Shown one piece after another: positions 16,809 through 23,574 of a stretch of 32,000 nucleotides of DNA (its first letter is position 1; each line of letters starts with the position of its first letter). Both the position numbers and the translations under genes were made by a program. This DNA comes from Horticoccus luteus (GTDB taxonomy: Bacteria > Verrucomicrobiota > Verrucomicrobiia > Opitutales > Opitutaceae): contig NZ_CP080507.1 of assembly GCF_019464535.1 (NCBI RefSeq), positions 4,050,001 through 4,082,000 on the forward strand, read 5' to 3'. The notes under the pieces were generated by a model. The model searched no databases and had not been told where the DNA came from. It saw only the letters and a list, made by a program, of their open reading frames with translations.

Positions 16809-17285
16809 TCAAGGCACGGCAGGCGCCGGGATGCTCGCCTTGACGCCGTTCGCCCAGTCCACGACTTGCTGGATCTGAACAGGGTCCAGTTTCGCGGCGC
16901 GGTGCACGATCACATAGGACGAAAGCGGCATATCGCCGCCCTTAATTTCCTTGATCGTCTCGTCCATTTTCTTGCGCGCGCGTTTGGGCGTGTAAGTGCC
17001 GAACTGGGAGAAATTGAGCTCCTTGCGGCCCTCGTTGACGTGATGTTGCATCCACCAGCCGACCGGCTGAATTCGCGTATACCACGGATAACGCGTGTTG
17101 TCCGAATGACAGTCGTAACAACTCTCGGCGAGGATCGCTTTAACGACCGGCGTCGTCGGATGCAGCGCCGTGATATCTTGAGGGCCGGGAACGGTGGCCG
17201 AGACATTTCGCCTCGGAGGAAAGAACTGAATCACCACGACAGCGGCGAAAAGGACGACGAGGAGTTTTTTAAGAAGCGATTTCAT
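16809..17285 (-). CDS. Haem-binding-domain (Haem_bd-like) protein with a CxxCH motif, membrane-anchored or secreted
   Basis: Track ORF 16809-17333 trimmed to the ATG at 17285. MKSLLKKLLVVLFAAVVVIQFF is a signal peptide or anchor. CYDCH is a c-type haem attachment motif. The W/H-rich stretch YPWYTRIQPVGWWMQHHVNEGR follows. Confidence 0.7.
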   Translation of the reverse strand: MKSLLKKLLVVLFAAVVVIQFFPPRRNVSATVPGPQDITALHPTTPVVKAILAESCYDCHSDNTRYPWYTRIQPVGWWMQHHVNEGRKELNFSQFGTYTPKRARKKMDETIKEIKGGDMPLSSYVIVHRAAKLDPVQIQQVVDWANGVKASIPAPAVP

Positions 17286-17348
17286 GACGGCCGTGGAATG
17301 ATGTGAGTTGGTTGAATGAAGAACCTCCGCCAAGCGCCGTCGACTTTA

Positions 17349-17864
17349 TCAATGCGCCTCGGGCAGGGAGCGCCAGTTGGGATGGTCGAAGTGAGTGGCG
17401 TAGGCCTGCAATGCGTGTGTCAGTCTCGCCTTGCCTTCCACAGACCGTGCGTCGGCCGCGAGGAGATCGGCACCGGCCAGCAGTTCGCTCAGGATCACAT
17501 GCAGGTCCGCATCGGCGGCCGGGGGGAGCCGGCAGTTTTGAATCAAGTAGGCCACGTTTTCCTGCACGGTGGCGTCGAGTGTCTTGGCGGCAGCAGGCGC
17601 CGTGGTCGTTGCGTGTGCCTCGTCCAACGAAAGAGCGACGGCGTCGCGGATCCGTTGCATGCCCGAGCGCAGAGGCGCATCCGTCTCCCAGCGCTCGCCG
17701 TGCTGGAGAGTGAGGCCGACGGCGCCATGGCCGCTGTGCCCAGCAACACGCTCGAGCGGATGCTGCCGGCGGGACCAGAAAAAGTAGCCGCTTTCCACGA
17801 GCAGGATGAGGAGGGCGAAAACGGCGACGAAGGGCCACCGACGAGGAGAGGAGCGTGCGTTCAT
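17349..17864 (-). CDS. Hypothetical membrane-anchored protein (one N-terminal TM, His-rich soluble domain)
   Basis: 171 aa. The N-terminal TM is WPFVAVFALLILLVESGYFFW. Third-codon positions are strongly G/C-biased in this frame, unlike the overlapping Arg-rich alternative frames. I recognise no family. Confidence 0.5.
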   Translation of the reverse strand: MNARSSPRRWPFVAVFALLILLVESGYFFWSRRQHPLERVAGHSGHGAVGLTLQHGERWETDAPLRSGMQRIRDAVALSLDEAHATTTAPAAAKTLDATVQENVAYLIQNCRLPPAADADLHVILSELLAGADLLAADARSVEGKARLTHALQAYATHFDHPNWRSLPEAH

Positions 17865-18099
17865 AGAATTGGTTTCAACCGGGCTTCACTACAACGGCTC
17901 CGGCGAGCGAACGCGGTGCTTTGCGGATCGGTCAGCGCGCACACGCGCCCGCACGTTCGCAGCGACCGCGCGTGGTCGTCTGCGCCTCGATGGCCACGCA
18001 AACAGCCGGAGGAGACTTTCATCGATCGGCGCACGAAGGAATTAAACCCCCACCTCCCCATCGTCGGCAAGCGGCGGGACGGCTGAAACGCGCCAACCC

Positions 18100-18113
18100 T
18101 TGATCAAGGTCAA
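18100..18113. promoter_or_regulatory. Imperfect FNR-type box TTGAT-CAAG-GTCAA
   Basis: One mismatch to TTGAT-N4-ATCAA. It overlaps the 10-bp palindrome CTTGATCAAG (18099-18108). It lies about 240 nt upstream of the 17864 start, and no convincing -10 hexamer sits at the class II distance. Confidence 0.3.
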
Positions 18114-18138
18114 GTGTTGCCGACGCGGGATGCGACCC

Positions 18139-18384
18139 TCAAGGCGCTGCTGCTTCGCCATCGTTGCCGATGGCCTCGACGGGGCAGCCTTCAATCGCCT
18201 CTTGGGCCAGCGCGATTTCTTCCGGTGTCACCGGCTGACGATGCACGAACGAATAACCGCTCTCATCGTGGCGGGCGAAAATCGACGGCGCGGTTTCGCG
18301 GCAGAGGTCGCAATCGATGCACTGGGCGTCGACATAGAAGCGGCCGGGGACATTTTGCGGGAGACGATCAGCAGGAATAGCCAT
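18139..18384 (-). CDS. Small ferredoxin (single Fe-S cluster type)
   Basis: 81 aa. RFYVDAQCIDCDLCRETAP followed by EGCPVEAI gives the CxxCxxC...CP cysteine pattern of small 4Fe-4S/3Fe-4S ferredoxins. Confidence 0.8.
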   Translation of the reverse strand: MAIPADRLPQNVPGRFYVDAQCIDCDLCRETAPSIFARHDESGYSFVHRQPVTPEEIALAQEAIEGCPVEAIGNDGEAAAP

Positions 18385-18431
18385 GGGCGGTTGGGAACAG
18401 GTCCAAAGTAATGGCTGCCGGCTTGCGCGTA

Positions 18432-18475
18432 AAATTCATTAGTCGTATCCTTTCATGCACGCGATGAATGAATTT
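18432..18475. promoter_or_regulatory. AT-rich inverted repeat AAATTCATT / AATGAATTT with nested TTCAT/ATGAA half-sites, at the ferredoxin-LysR divergent promoter
   Basis: The arms at 18432-18440 and 18467-18475 are exact reverse complements. The inner pair TTCAT (18452-18456) and ATGAA (18464-18468) is separated by 7 nt. The element overlaps the two candidate LysR start codons (18455, 18464). Confidence 0.3.
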
Positions 18476-19381
18476 CTCACGACGGCGCCGTTCGACATTT
18501 ACGAGCTGCATCTCTTCCACCTCGTTGCCCAGCATCGCAGTTTCACGCGCGCGGCGGAGGTGGCCGGCCTCACGCAAAGCGCCGTGACGCGCCAAGTCCA
18601 AGGCATCGAGGCCAGCCTCGGGCTCACACTCTTCGAGCGGACGACCCGCACCGTGACGCTCACGCCCGCCGGGGAGGCGTTGTGGCGCGAATCCGCACGA
18701 CTGGTGGGCGATGTCGCCCAGACATTGAAGTCGCTGCGTGAGGAATTCACAGACGCGAAAAAAGAAATCCGCGTCGGCGTTTCGCGCTCCGTGGGGCTCG
18801 CGTATCTGCCGGGATTTTTCCACGCCAACCTGCGGCGGCTGCCGCACGTGGGCTACCGCGTGGCGGCCCAATCGAGCGCGGAGATCCACGCCGGTTTGGA
18901 GGCCAATGAGCTCGATGTCGGCGTGCTCAGCCCGCCGCACCGCCTGCCCCAAACCGTGCGGATCACCCACCGCTTCACCGACACGTTCGCTCTCGTCGGC
19001 TCGCCCGCCGCGGCCGCGGATTTCGAGGCGCACGCTGCGACCCGCGCCCGGCGCCTGGCGTGGTTGAATCGCCAGAACTGGCTGGTGCTCGACGAGCGCT
19101 CGAACACCGGGCGCCGCCTGCACGCGTGGATGACCCGGCAGGGCTGCCGCGTGCCGCCGGGCATGCAGCTCGATAACTTCGATCTCATCATCAACCTCGC
19201 GGCATTGGGCATGGGCGTGAGTTTCGTGCCGGTGCGCGCGCTGGCGCTCTACGGTCGCAAGCGATCATTGCGCCGCCTGCCCTGGCCCGAACGTTTTGAA
19301 CGCGAACTCGTCGTGCTCGTGCGTCGCCACCGCAAACTGCCGCCCCACATCCTGCAGTTCATCGACAACGTGTTGTTTTGA
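18455..19381 (+). CDS. LysR family transcriptional regulator
   Basis: 308 aa. LHLFHLVAQHRSFTRAAEVAGLTQSAVTRQVQGIEASLGLTLFERTTRTVTLTPAGEAL is a classic LTTR HTH. A substrate-binding domain follows. Confidence 0.85.
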   Translation: MHAMNEFLTTAPFDIYELHLFHLVAQHRSFTRAAEVAGLTQSAVTRQVQGIEASLGLTLFERTTRTVTLTPAGEALWRESARLVGDVAQTLKSLREEFTDAKKEIRVGVSRSVGLAYLPGFFHANLRRLPHVGYRVAAQSSAEIHAGLEANELDVGVLSPPHRLPQTVRITHRFTDTFALVGSPAAAADFEAHAATRARRLAWLNRQNWLVLDERSNTGRRLHAWMTRQGCRVPPGMQLDNFDLIINLAALGMGVSFVPVRALALYGRKRSLRRLPWPERFERELVVLVRRHRKLPPHILQFIDNVLF

Positions 19382-19384
19382 ATC

Positions 19385-19414
19385 GTGCGGGCGGCAGGGG
19401 AAAGCCGTCCGCAC
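19385..19414 (+). terminator. GC-rich hairpin immediately after the LysR stop. Possible intrinsic terminator without a U-tract.
   Basis: GTGCGGGCGG (19385-19394) and CCGTCCGCAC (19405-19414) form a 10-bp stem with one mismatch and a 10-nt loop, caggggaaag. No T-run follows. Confidence 0.3.
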
Positions 19415-19432
19415 CACGAATCCCTCTCCGCG

Positions 19433-19446
19433 TTGATTTGGATCAA
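19433..19446. promoter_or_regulatory. FNR/CRP-family binding site TTGAT-TTGG-ATCAA upstream of the DUF2249 operon
   Basis: Perfect consensus, about 113 nt upstream of the ATG at 19553. GAGACT lies exactly 22 nt downstream and keeps the A2, A4 and T6 positions of a -10 hexamer. The 15-mer is identical to the one at 16720. Confidence 0.6.
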
Positions 19447-19552
19447 GGCGCGCCGGGCGATCTGGCGCGAGACTGGCGCCCATGAGTCGTCCCTCGCCGC
19501 CGCCCTCCGCTGCGTGCGCGCAGGCGGCCACGCCCAGCTCTTTGCCTCCACT

Positions 19553-20113
19553 ATGATTCCTCCCTTCTCGCCCTCGTCCTCCGATTCCCCGCGCGCCGAC
19601 GACAACGTGTTCGACGTGAGACCGCTCCCCGGCCGCACCAAACACGCGCAAATCTTTCAGCGCTGGTTCGATCTGGCGGTCGGTCAATCGTTCATCCTGC
19701 TGAACGACCACGATCCGATCCCGCTATATTATCAATTTGCCGCGGAATTTCCCGAGGCATTTACGTGGAACTATCTGGAGCGCGGCCCTGAGGAATTTCG
19801 CGTGAAGATCACCAAGACCAAGGCCGTCAGCGGCGCGGCGCCGCAGCCGCCTGCTCCAGCCAGCCTGACGCCAGCCTCGACACCCGCCCTCAAGCGAGGC
19901 GCGCACGAAATCGACGTGCGCGGTCTGGAACCGCCGGAGCCGTTGATTCGCATCCTCGACGCCTTGGAGGTGCTGCCGCCCGGCGCCACGTTGCGCGCGT
20001 GCACCGATCGGGAACCTTGCCATCTTTTCGGCGAAGCCGAGCAACGCGGTTTCCGTCACGAATGCTCCGCGCAACCCGACGGCAGCTGGGTGACGCTGCT
20101 CAGCCGTGCCTGA
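19553..20113 (+). CDS. Tandem DUF2249 domain protein (TusA/SirA-like fold)
   Basis: Track ORF 19385-20113 trimmed to the ATG at 19553. Domain 1 reads VFDVRPLPGRTKHAQIFQRWFDLAVGQSFILLNDHDPIPLYYQFAAEFPEAFTWNYLERGPEEFRVKI, the canonical DUF2249 NDHDP-PLYYQ pattern. Domain 2 reads IDVRGLEPPEPLIRILDALEVLPPGATLRACTDREP, which is TusA-like but has no Cys in the CPxP position. Confidence 0.75.
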   Translation: MIPPFSPSSSDSPRADDNVFDVRPLPGRTKHAQIFQRWFDLAVGQSFILLNDHDPIPLYYQFAAEFPEAFTWNYLERGPEEFRVKITKTKAVSGAAPQPPAPASLTPASTPALKRGAHEIDVRGLEPPEPLIRILDALEVLPPGATLRACTDREPCHLFGEAEQRGFRHECSAQPDGSWVTLLSRA

Positions 20114-21467
20114 GGCAATATCAACGCCATCCACGACCACCCCACGCACGGTGAAGCCGGGCGGCTGGCTCGCCGCGCAAGGGCGATTGCCTCTGGCGTT
20201 CATGATGCTGGCGCTGGCGTGGCTCGTCGTCGCAACGGCGCTGCTCATCACGCATCCGTCGGCACTCGCCCGGCCGCACGCGCACCCGCACGTCGTCGCG
20301 TTGACGCATGCGTGGGTGCTGGGGTTTTTCGTGACGGTCGCCTGCGGGGCCATTTACCAACTCGCCCCGGTGGCACTGGGCACGACGCTCGTCAGCGAAC
20401 GTTACGGGTGGTGGCACTTCGGCCTGCATGCCGTCGGCGTGCCCGGAATGGTCTATTCGTTTTGGGTGTGGGATCTAAAGGCGCTCGGCCACTTCGCCTT
20501 CTTCGTCGCGTTGGGCGTCTTGCTGTTTTCCGTCAACACGTGGCGCACCGTGCGTCAGTCGGGCCGCGGCGGCGTCGTGGCGTGGTCGCTGGTCCTGGCC
20601 GCTGCGTGGCTCCTCACCACCGTGTTGGTGGGACTGCTGCTGGCGGCCAACCGCTACTGGCTCTTTATCCCGCTCGATCCGATCGTGCTCCTGCGGGCGC
20701 ACGCGCATCTGGGATTGGTGGGATTCTTTGTCACGCTGCTGCAAGGCGTCGGCTTTCAACTCGTGCCCATGTTCACGCTGGGCGAAGTGCGCAACTGGCG
20801 GCTCGCCGGTCTCGGCCTGGCCCTTTCGCAAATCGGCCTCGTGGTCCTTGCGCCGGCGTTGACGTGGCAATGCGGCTGGTTCGCGGTCGGCGGTGCCGCG
20901 ATCATCACCGCCGGGCTGACGTGCTCCGCCGTCGGCCTGAGTCGCGCCCTCGCCACGCGCAAAAAACGTGCGCTCGATCCGGGCACGCAGGCGTTCTTGC
21001 GAGGCGGCGTGGGGCTTTGTTTCGCCGCTGTGGTCGGCGTGGCGTTGCTGATTCCCGGCGCGCCGGGGGGATCCGCGGCGGGCGGTTTCGGCGCGATGCC
21101 TTACGCCCTCCTTGCACTCGCCGGCGGCTTGCTGCCGTGCATCGCCGGAATGATGTGCAAGATCGTGCCCTTTCTCACGTGGATGCGCGCTTACGGACCT
21201 CGCGTCGGCCGCAGTCCCACGCCCGCGGCCGGCGCCTTGACGCACGCCCGGCTCGAGCAATGGGGACTCGGCCTGCAATTCGCCGCCGTCGCTCCGTTGC
21301 TCATCGGCACGTGGCGGTTGAGCGAGGCGTGGCTGGTGATCGGCGTCTGGATGCTCGCGGCGGGTGTGGCGCTTTTCACCGCCGATATGATCGGTGTGTT
21401 GCGGCACCTGCGCCCGGGCGGCGTGAGCGTGTCCGCGCCCGCACGGAAATCCGTTTCACTTCCATGA
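20106..21467 (+). CDS. Polytopic (about 12-TM) histidine-rich membrane protein, possibly NnrS-like or haem-copper-like
   Basis: 453 aa from the GTG at 20106, overlapping the upstream stop by 8 nt. The start is uncertain. I count about 12 hydrophobic segments. Paired motifs HAHPHVVALTHAWVLGFFVT..YQLAPV and RAHAHLGLVGFFVT..FQLVPM point to an internal duplication. I cannot assign a family securely without a search. Confidence 0.65.
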   Translation: MPEAISTPSTTTPRTVKPGGWLAAQGRLPLAFMMLALAWLVVATALLITHPSALARPHAHPHVVALTHAWVLGFFVTVACGAIYQLAPVALGTTLVSERYGWWHFGLHAVGVPGMVYSFWVWDLKALGHFAFFVALGVLLFSVNTWRTVRQSGRGGVVAWSLVLAAAWLLTTVLVGLLLAANRYWLFIPLDPIVLLRAHAHLGLVGFFVTLLQGVGFQLVPMFTLGEVRNWRLAGLGLALSQIGLVVLAPALTWQCGWFAVGGAAIITAGLTCSAVGLSRALATRKKRALDPGTQAFLRGGVGLCFAAVVGVALLIPGAPGGSAAGGFGAMPYALLALAGGLLPCIAGMMCKIVPFLTWMRAYGPRVGRSPTPAAGALTHARLEQWGLGLQFAAVAPLLIGTWRLSEAWLVIGVWMLAAGVALFTADMIGVLRHLRPGGVSVSAPARKSVSLP

Positions 21468-21775
21468 ACGCGCCTCTTGATTCAACCGCCGTCTGGGATG
21501 CCCTGCGCGGCATTCCCGATCCGGAATTCGGCATCAACATTGTCGACTTGGGTTTGATCTACAGCGTCGAGTGCCACGACGGCGCCGTCGCCGTAACGAT
21601 GACGCTGACCACGCCGAGCTGTCCCTCCGGCGGCTGGATCTACGAGGGCGCCAAGCAAGCGGTCGCCAATCTCCCCGGCGCGACGAAGGTGGACGTTGCC
21701 ATGGTCTTCGATCCGCCGTGGTCGCCCGCGATGTTAAGCGAAGCCGCCAACCGCCAGCTTGGTCGGATCGATTGA
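21464..21775 (+). CDS. DUF59 / Fe-S assembly SufT-PaaD-like (MIP18 family) protein
   Basis: Only the last 103 codons of track ORF 20219-21775 are used. The ATG at 21464 overlaps the upstream stop as ATGA. Motifs seen: VWDALRGIPDPEFGINIVDLGLIY, TMTLTTPSCPSGG and DPPWSPAMLSE. Confidence 0.85.
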   Translation: MNAPLDSTAVWDALRGIPDPEFGINIVDLGLIYSVECHDGAVAVTMTLTTPSCPSGGWIYEGAKQAVANLPGATKVDVAMVFDPPWSPAMLSEAANRQLGRID

Positions 21776-21806
21776 CGGACAACGCACCGCGATTCTTATT
21801 TCTGCT

Positions 21807-22289
21807 GTGAAAGAACGACTGAATTATTTTACCGCGTCGCCGAAAGCCTTTGCCGCGATGCGCACGCTGGAAGCTCACGTGCGCCAGGCCGGCCTCGATC
21901 ACCGCCTGCTCGAACTCGTCAAAACGCGCGCGTCGCAGATCAACGGCTGCGCCTTCTGCCTCGATATGCACACCAAGGATGCGCGTGCCGCCGGCGAGAC
22001 GGAGCAGCGCCTCTATGGTTTGTCCGCCTGGCGCGAGGCGCCGTATTATACGCCAGCGGAACGCGCCGCGCTCGCCTGGACCGAGGCGGTCACGCGCTTG
22101 TGCGGCGATGACCCGGTGCCCGATGCCGTTTACCAGGAAGCCCGCGCGCACTTCGACGAACAGCAACTCGTCGATCTCACCCTCGCGATCGTCGCGATCA
22201 ACGGTTGGAACCGCCTCTCGATTGCGTTCCGCAAGGAGGCCGGCGGCTACCAACCGCCGGCCCGCGCTTCTTCACCCGCCCCTTTATGA
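21807..22289 (+). CDS. Carboxymuconolactone decarboxylase (CMD) / AhpD-like family protein
   Basis: I infer a GTG start at 21807 (V/MKERLNYFTASPKAF). LVKTRASQINGCAFCLDMHTKDA carries the AhpD-like CxxC motif. Confidence 0.85.
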   Translation: MKERLNYFTASPKAFAAMRTLEAHVRQAGLDHRLLELVKTRASQINGCAFCLDMHTKDARAAGETEQRLYGLSAWREAPYYTPAERAALAWTEAVTRLCGDDPVPDAVYQEARAHFDEQQLVDLTLAIVAINGWNRLSIAFRKEAGGYQPPARASSPAPL

Positions 22290-23026
22290 GCACAGCAACG
22301 CCGCCCTCGGACTACTTGGTCCCACTCAAGAATCGGTTTCTCGTCGCCGAGCGAACGTTGGCGTTGCAATTCGAAAAACCCGCCGGCTTCGACTTCGTCG
22401 CGGGGCAGGCAATGGACGTCACCCTCCTGCAGCCCACGGAAACCGATGCCGAAGGCGACACCCGCTACTTCTCCATCGCGAGCGCGCCGCACGAGGACTT
22501 CCTGATGGTGGCAACGCGTCTGCGCGACACGGCGTTCAAGCGCCAGTTGCCCGGCTTGGCCTTGGGCACCACAGTCAAACTCGGCGCGCCCGGCGGCAGC
22601 TTGCGTTTGCATAACAATCCGCAGCGCGCCGCCGTGTTCCTCGTGGGCGGGATCGGCATCACCGCGATTCGCAGCATCCTTCTGCGCGCGGCGCATGACC
22701 GGCTCGCGCACCGGCTCTTTCTCTTCTACTCGAATCGCCGTCCGGAAGACGCGGCGTTTCTCGATGAATTGACCGCGCTCTCGCAGACCCATCCGCAGCT
22801 CGCCGTTATCGCCACGATGACCGGCTTGGCGAAGTCGACCCGGCCCTGGCACGGAGAAGCCGAACGCATCGGCCCCGCCCTGTTGAACAAGCACCTGAGC
22901 GGAGTGCCGTCGCCTGTTTACTATGTAATCGGCCCTCCCGGCATGGTGCACGGCACCCGCGCCATGCTCAATCAAACCGGAGTGGACGACGACGACATCC
23001 GCGCCGAAGATTTCGGCGGTTACTGA
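22286..23026 (+). CDS. Ferredoxin-NADP reductase family flavoprotein oxidoreductase (FAD_binding_6 / NAD_binding_1 type)
   Basis: The ATG at 22286 overlaps the upstream stop as ATGA. Motifs seen: RYFSIAS (RxYS FAD motif), VFLVGGIGITAIRSIL (GGxGxxP-like NAD(P) site) and a C-terminal aromatic residue in EDFGGY. Confidence 0.8.
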   Translation: MSTATPPSDYLVPLKNRFLVAERTLALQFEKPAGFDFVAGQAMDVTLLQPTETDAEGDTRYFSIASAPHEDFLMVATRLRDTAFKRQLPGLALGTTVKLGAPGGSLRLHNNPQRAAVFLVGGIGITAIRSILLRAAHDRLAHRLFLFYSNRRPEDAAFLDELTALSQTHPQLAVIATMTGLAKSTRPWHGEAERIGPALLNKHLSGVPSPVYYVIGPPGMVHGTRAMLNQTGVDDDDIRAEDFGGY

Positions 23027-23052
23027 GTCAACGCGCGTCAAACGTTCGCCGC

Positions 23053-23550
23053 ATGCTCCAACTCAAACGCGCTTACGATCCGCCCGCCAAGACCGACGGC
23101 ACCCGCCTCCTCGTCGAGCGGCTCTGGCCACGCGGCGTGAAGAAGGAAGCGCTGAAAATGGATGCGTGGCTGAAAGACGTCGCCCCCAGCACGGCCTTGC
23201 GAAAATGGTTCGCGCACGATCCCCGGAAGTGGCCGGAATTTCAGCGCCGTTACCGCGCGGAACTCACGGCGCACCCGGAAGCCTGGCAGCCGATCCTGAC
23301 CGCCGCCCGCAAAGGCCAAGTGACCCTCCTCTTCAGCTCGCATGATGCCGAGCACAACAACGTCGTCGCGTTGCGCGCGTTCCTGGCCCCCCGCCTCCGC
23401 CGCACCGCCGCGCCCGTCTCCGCGAAGCCCCGTCGCGCCGCCGCCCCAGCAGCCCAAAAGAAATCCGCGCCGCATCCGCCGGAGTTCGCCAGCCCCACCT
23501 GCTACCTGGCGGACTTCAACGATTTTGACGACGATGCTGACCGCCGTTAA
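23053..23550 (+). CDS. DUF488 family protein with a low-complexity C-terminal tail
   Basis: MLQLKRAYDPPAKTDGTRLLVERLWPRGVKKEALKMDAWLKDVAPSTALRKWFAHDP and TLLFSSHDAEHNNVVALRAFL match the DUF488 pattern. The last roughly 50 aa are Ala/Pro/Arg-rich, then acidic (DFNDFDDDAD). Confidence 0.7.
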   Translation: MLQLKRAYDPPAKTDGTRLLVERLWPRGVKKEALKMDAWLKDVAPSTALRKWFAHDPRKWPEFQRRYRAELTAHPEAWQPILTAARKGQVTLLFSSHDAEHNNVVALRAFLAPRLRRTAAPVSAKPRRAAAPAAQKKSAPHPPEFASPTCYLADFNDFDDDADRR

Positions 23551-23574
23551 GCGTGCGCGACCCTCCAACTTCTT

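Noticed and set aside
20219-21463. The first 415 codons of the 518-aa plus-strand ORF 20219-21775
   Set aside because: It is out of frame with the 12-TM membrane protein gene that occupies the same DNA, and its translation is Arg-rich. Only the last 103 codons (DUF59, from the ATG at 21464) are credible.
22990-23052. GTCAA-CGCGC-GTCAA direct repeat after the flavoreductase stop, considered as another FNR half-site pair
   Set aside because: The two pentamers are in direct rather than inverted orientation, and the spacing is 5 rather than 4. This does not fit the TTGAT-N4-ATCAA architecture.
23551-23574. SAM or other riboswitch ahead of the Cys/Met PLP enzyme
   Set aside because: The spacer is only 24 nt, too short for any known riboswitch.
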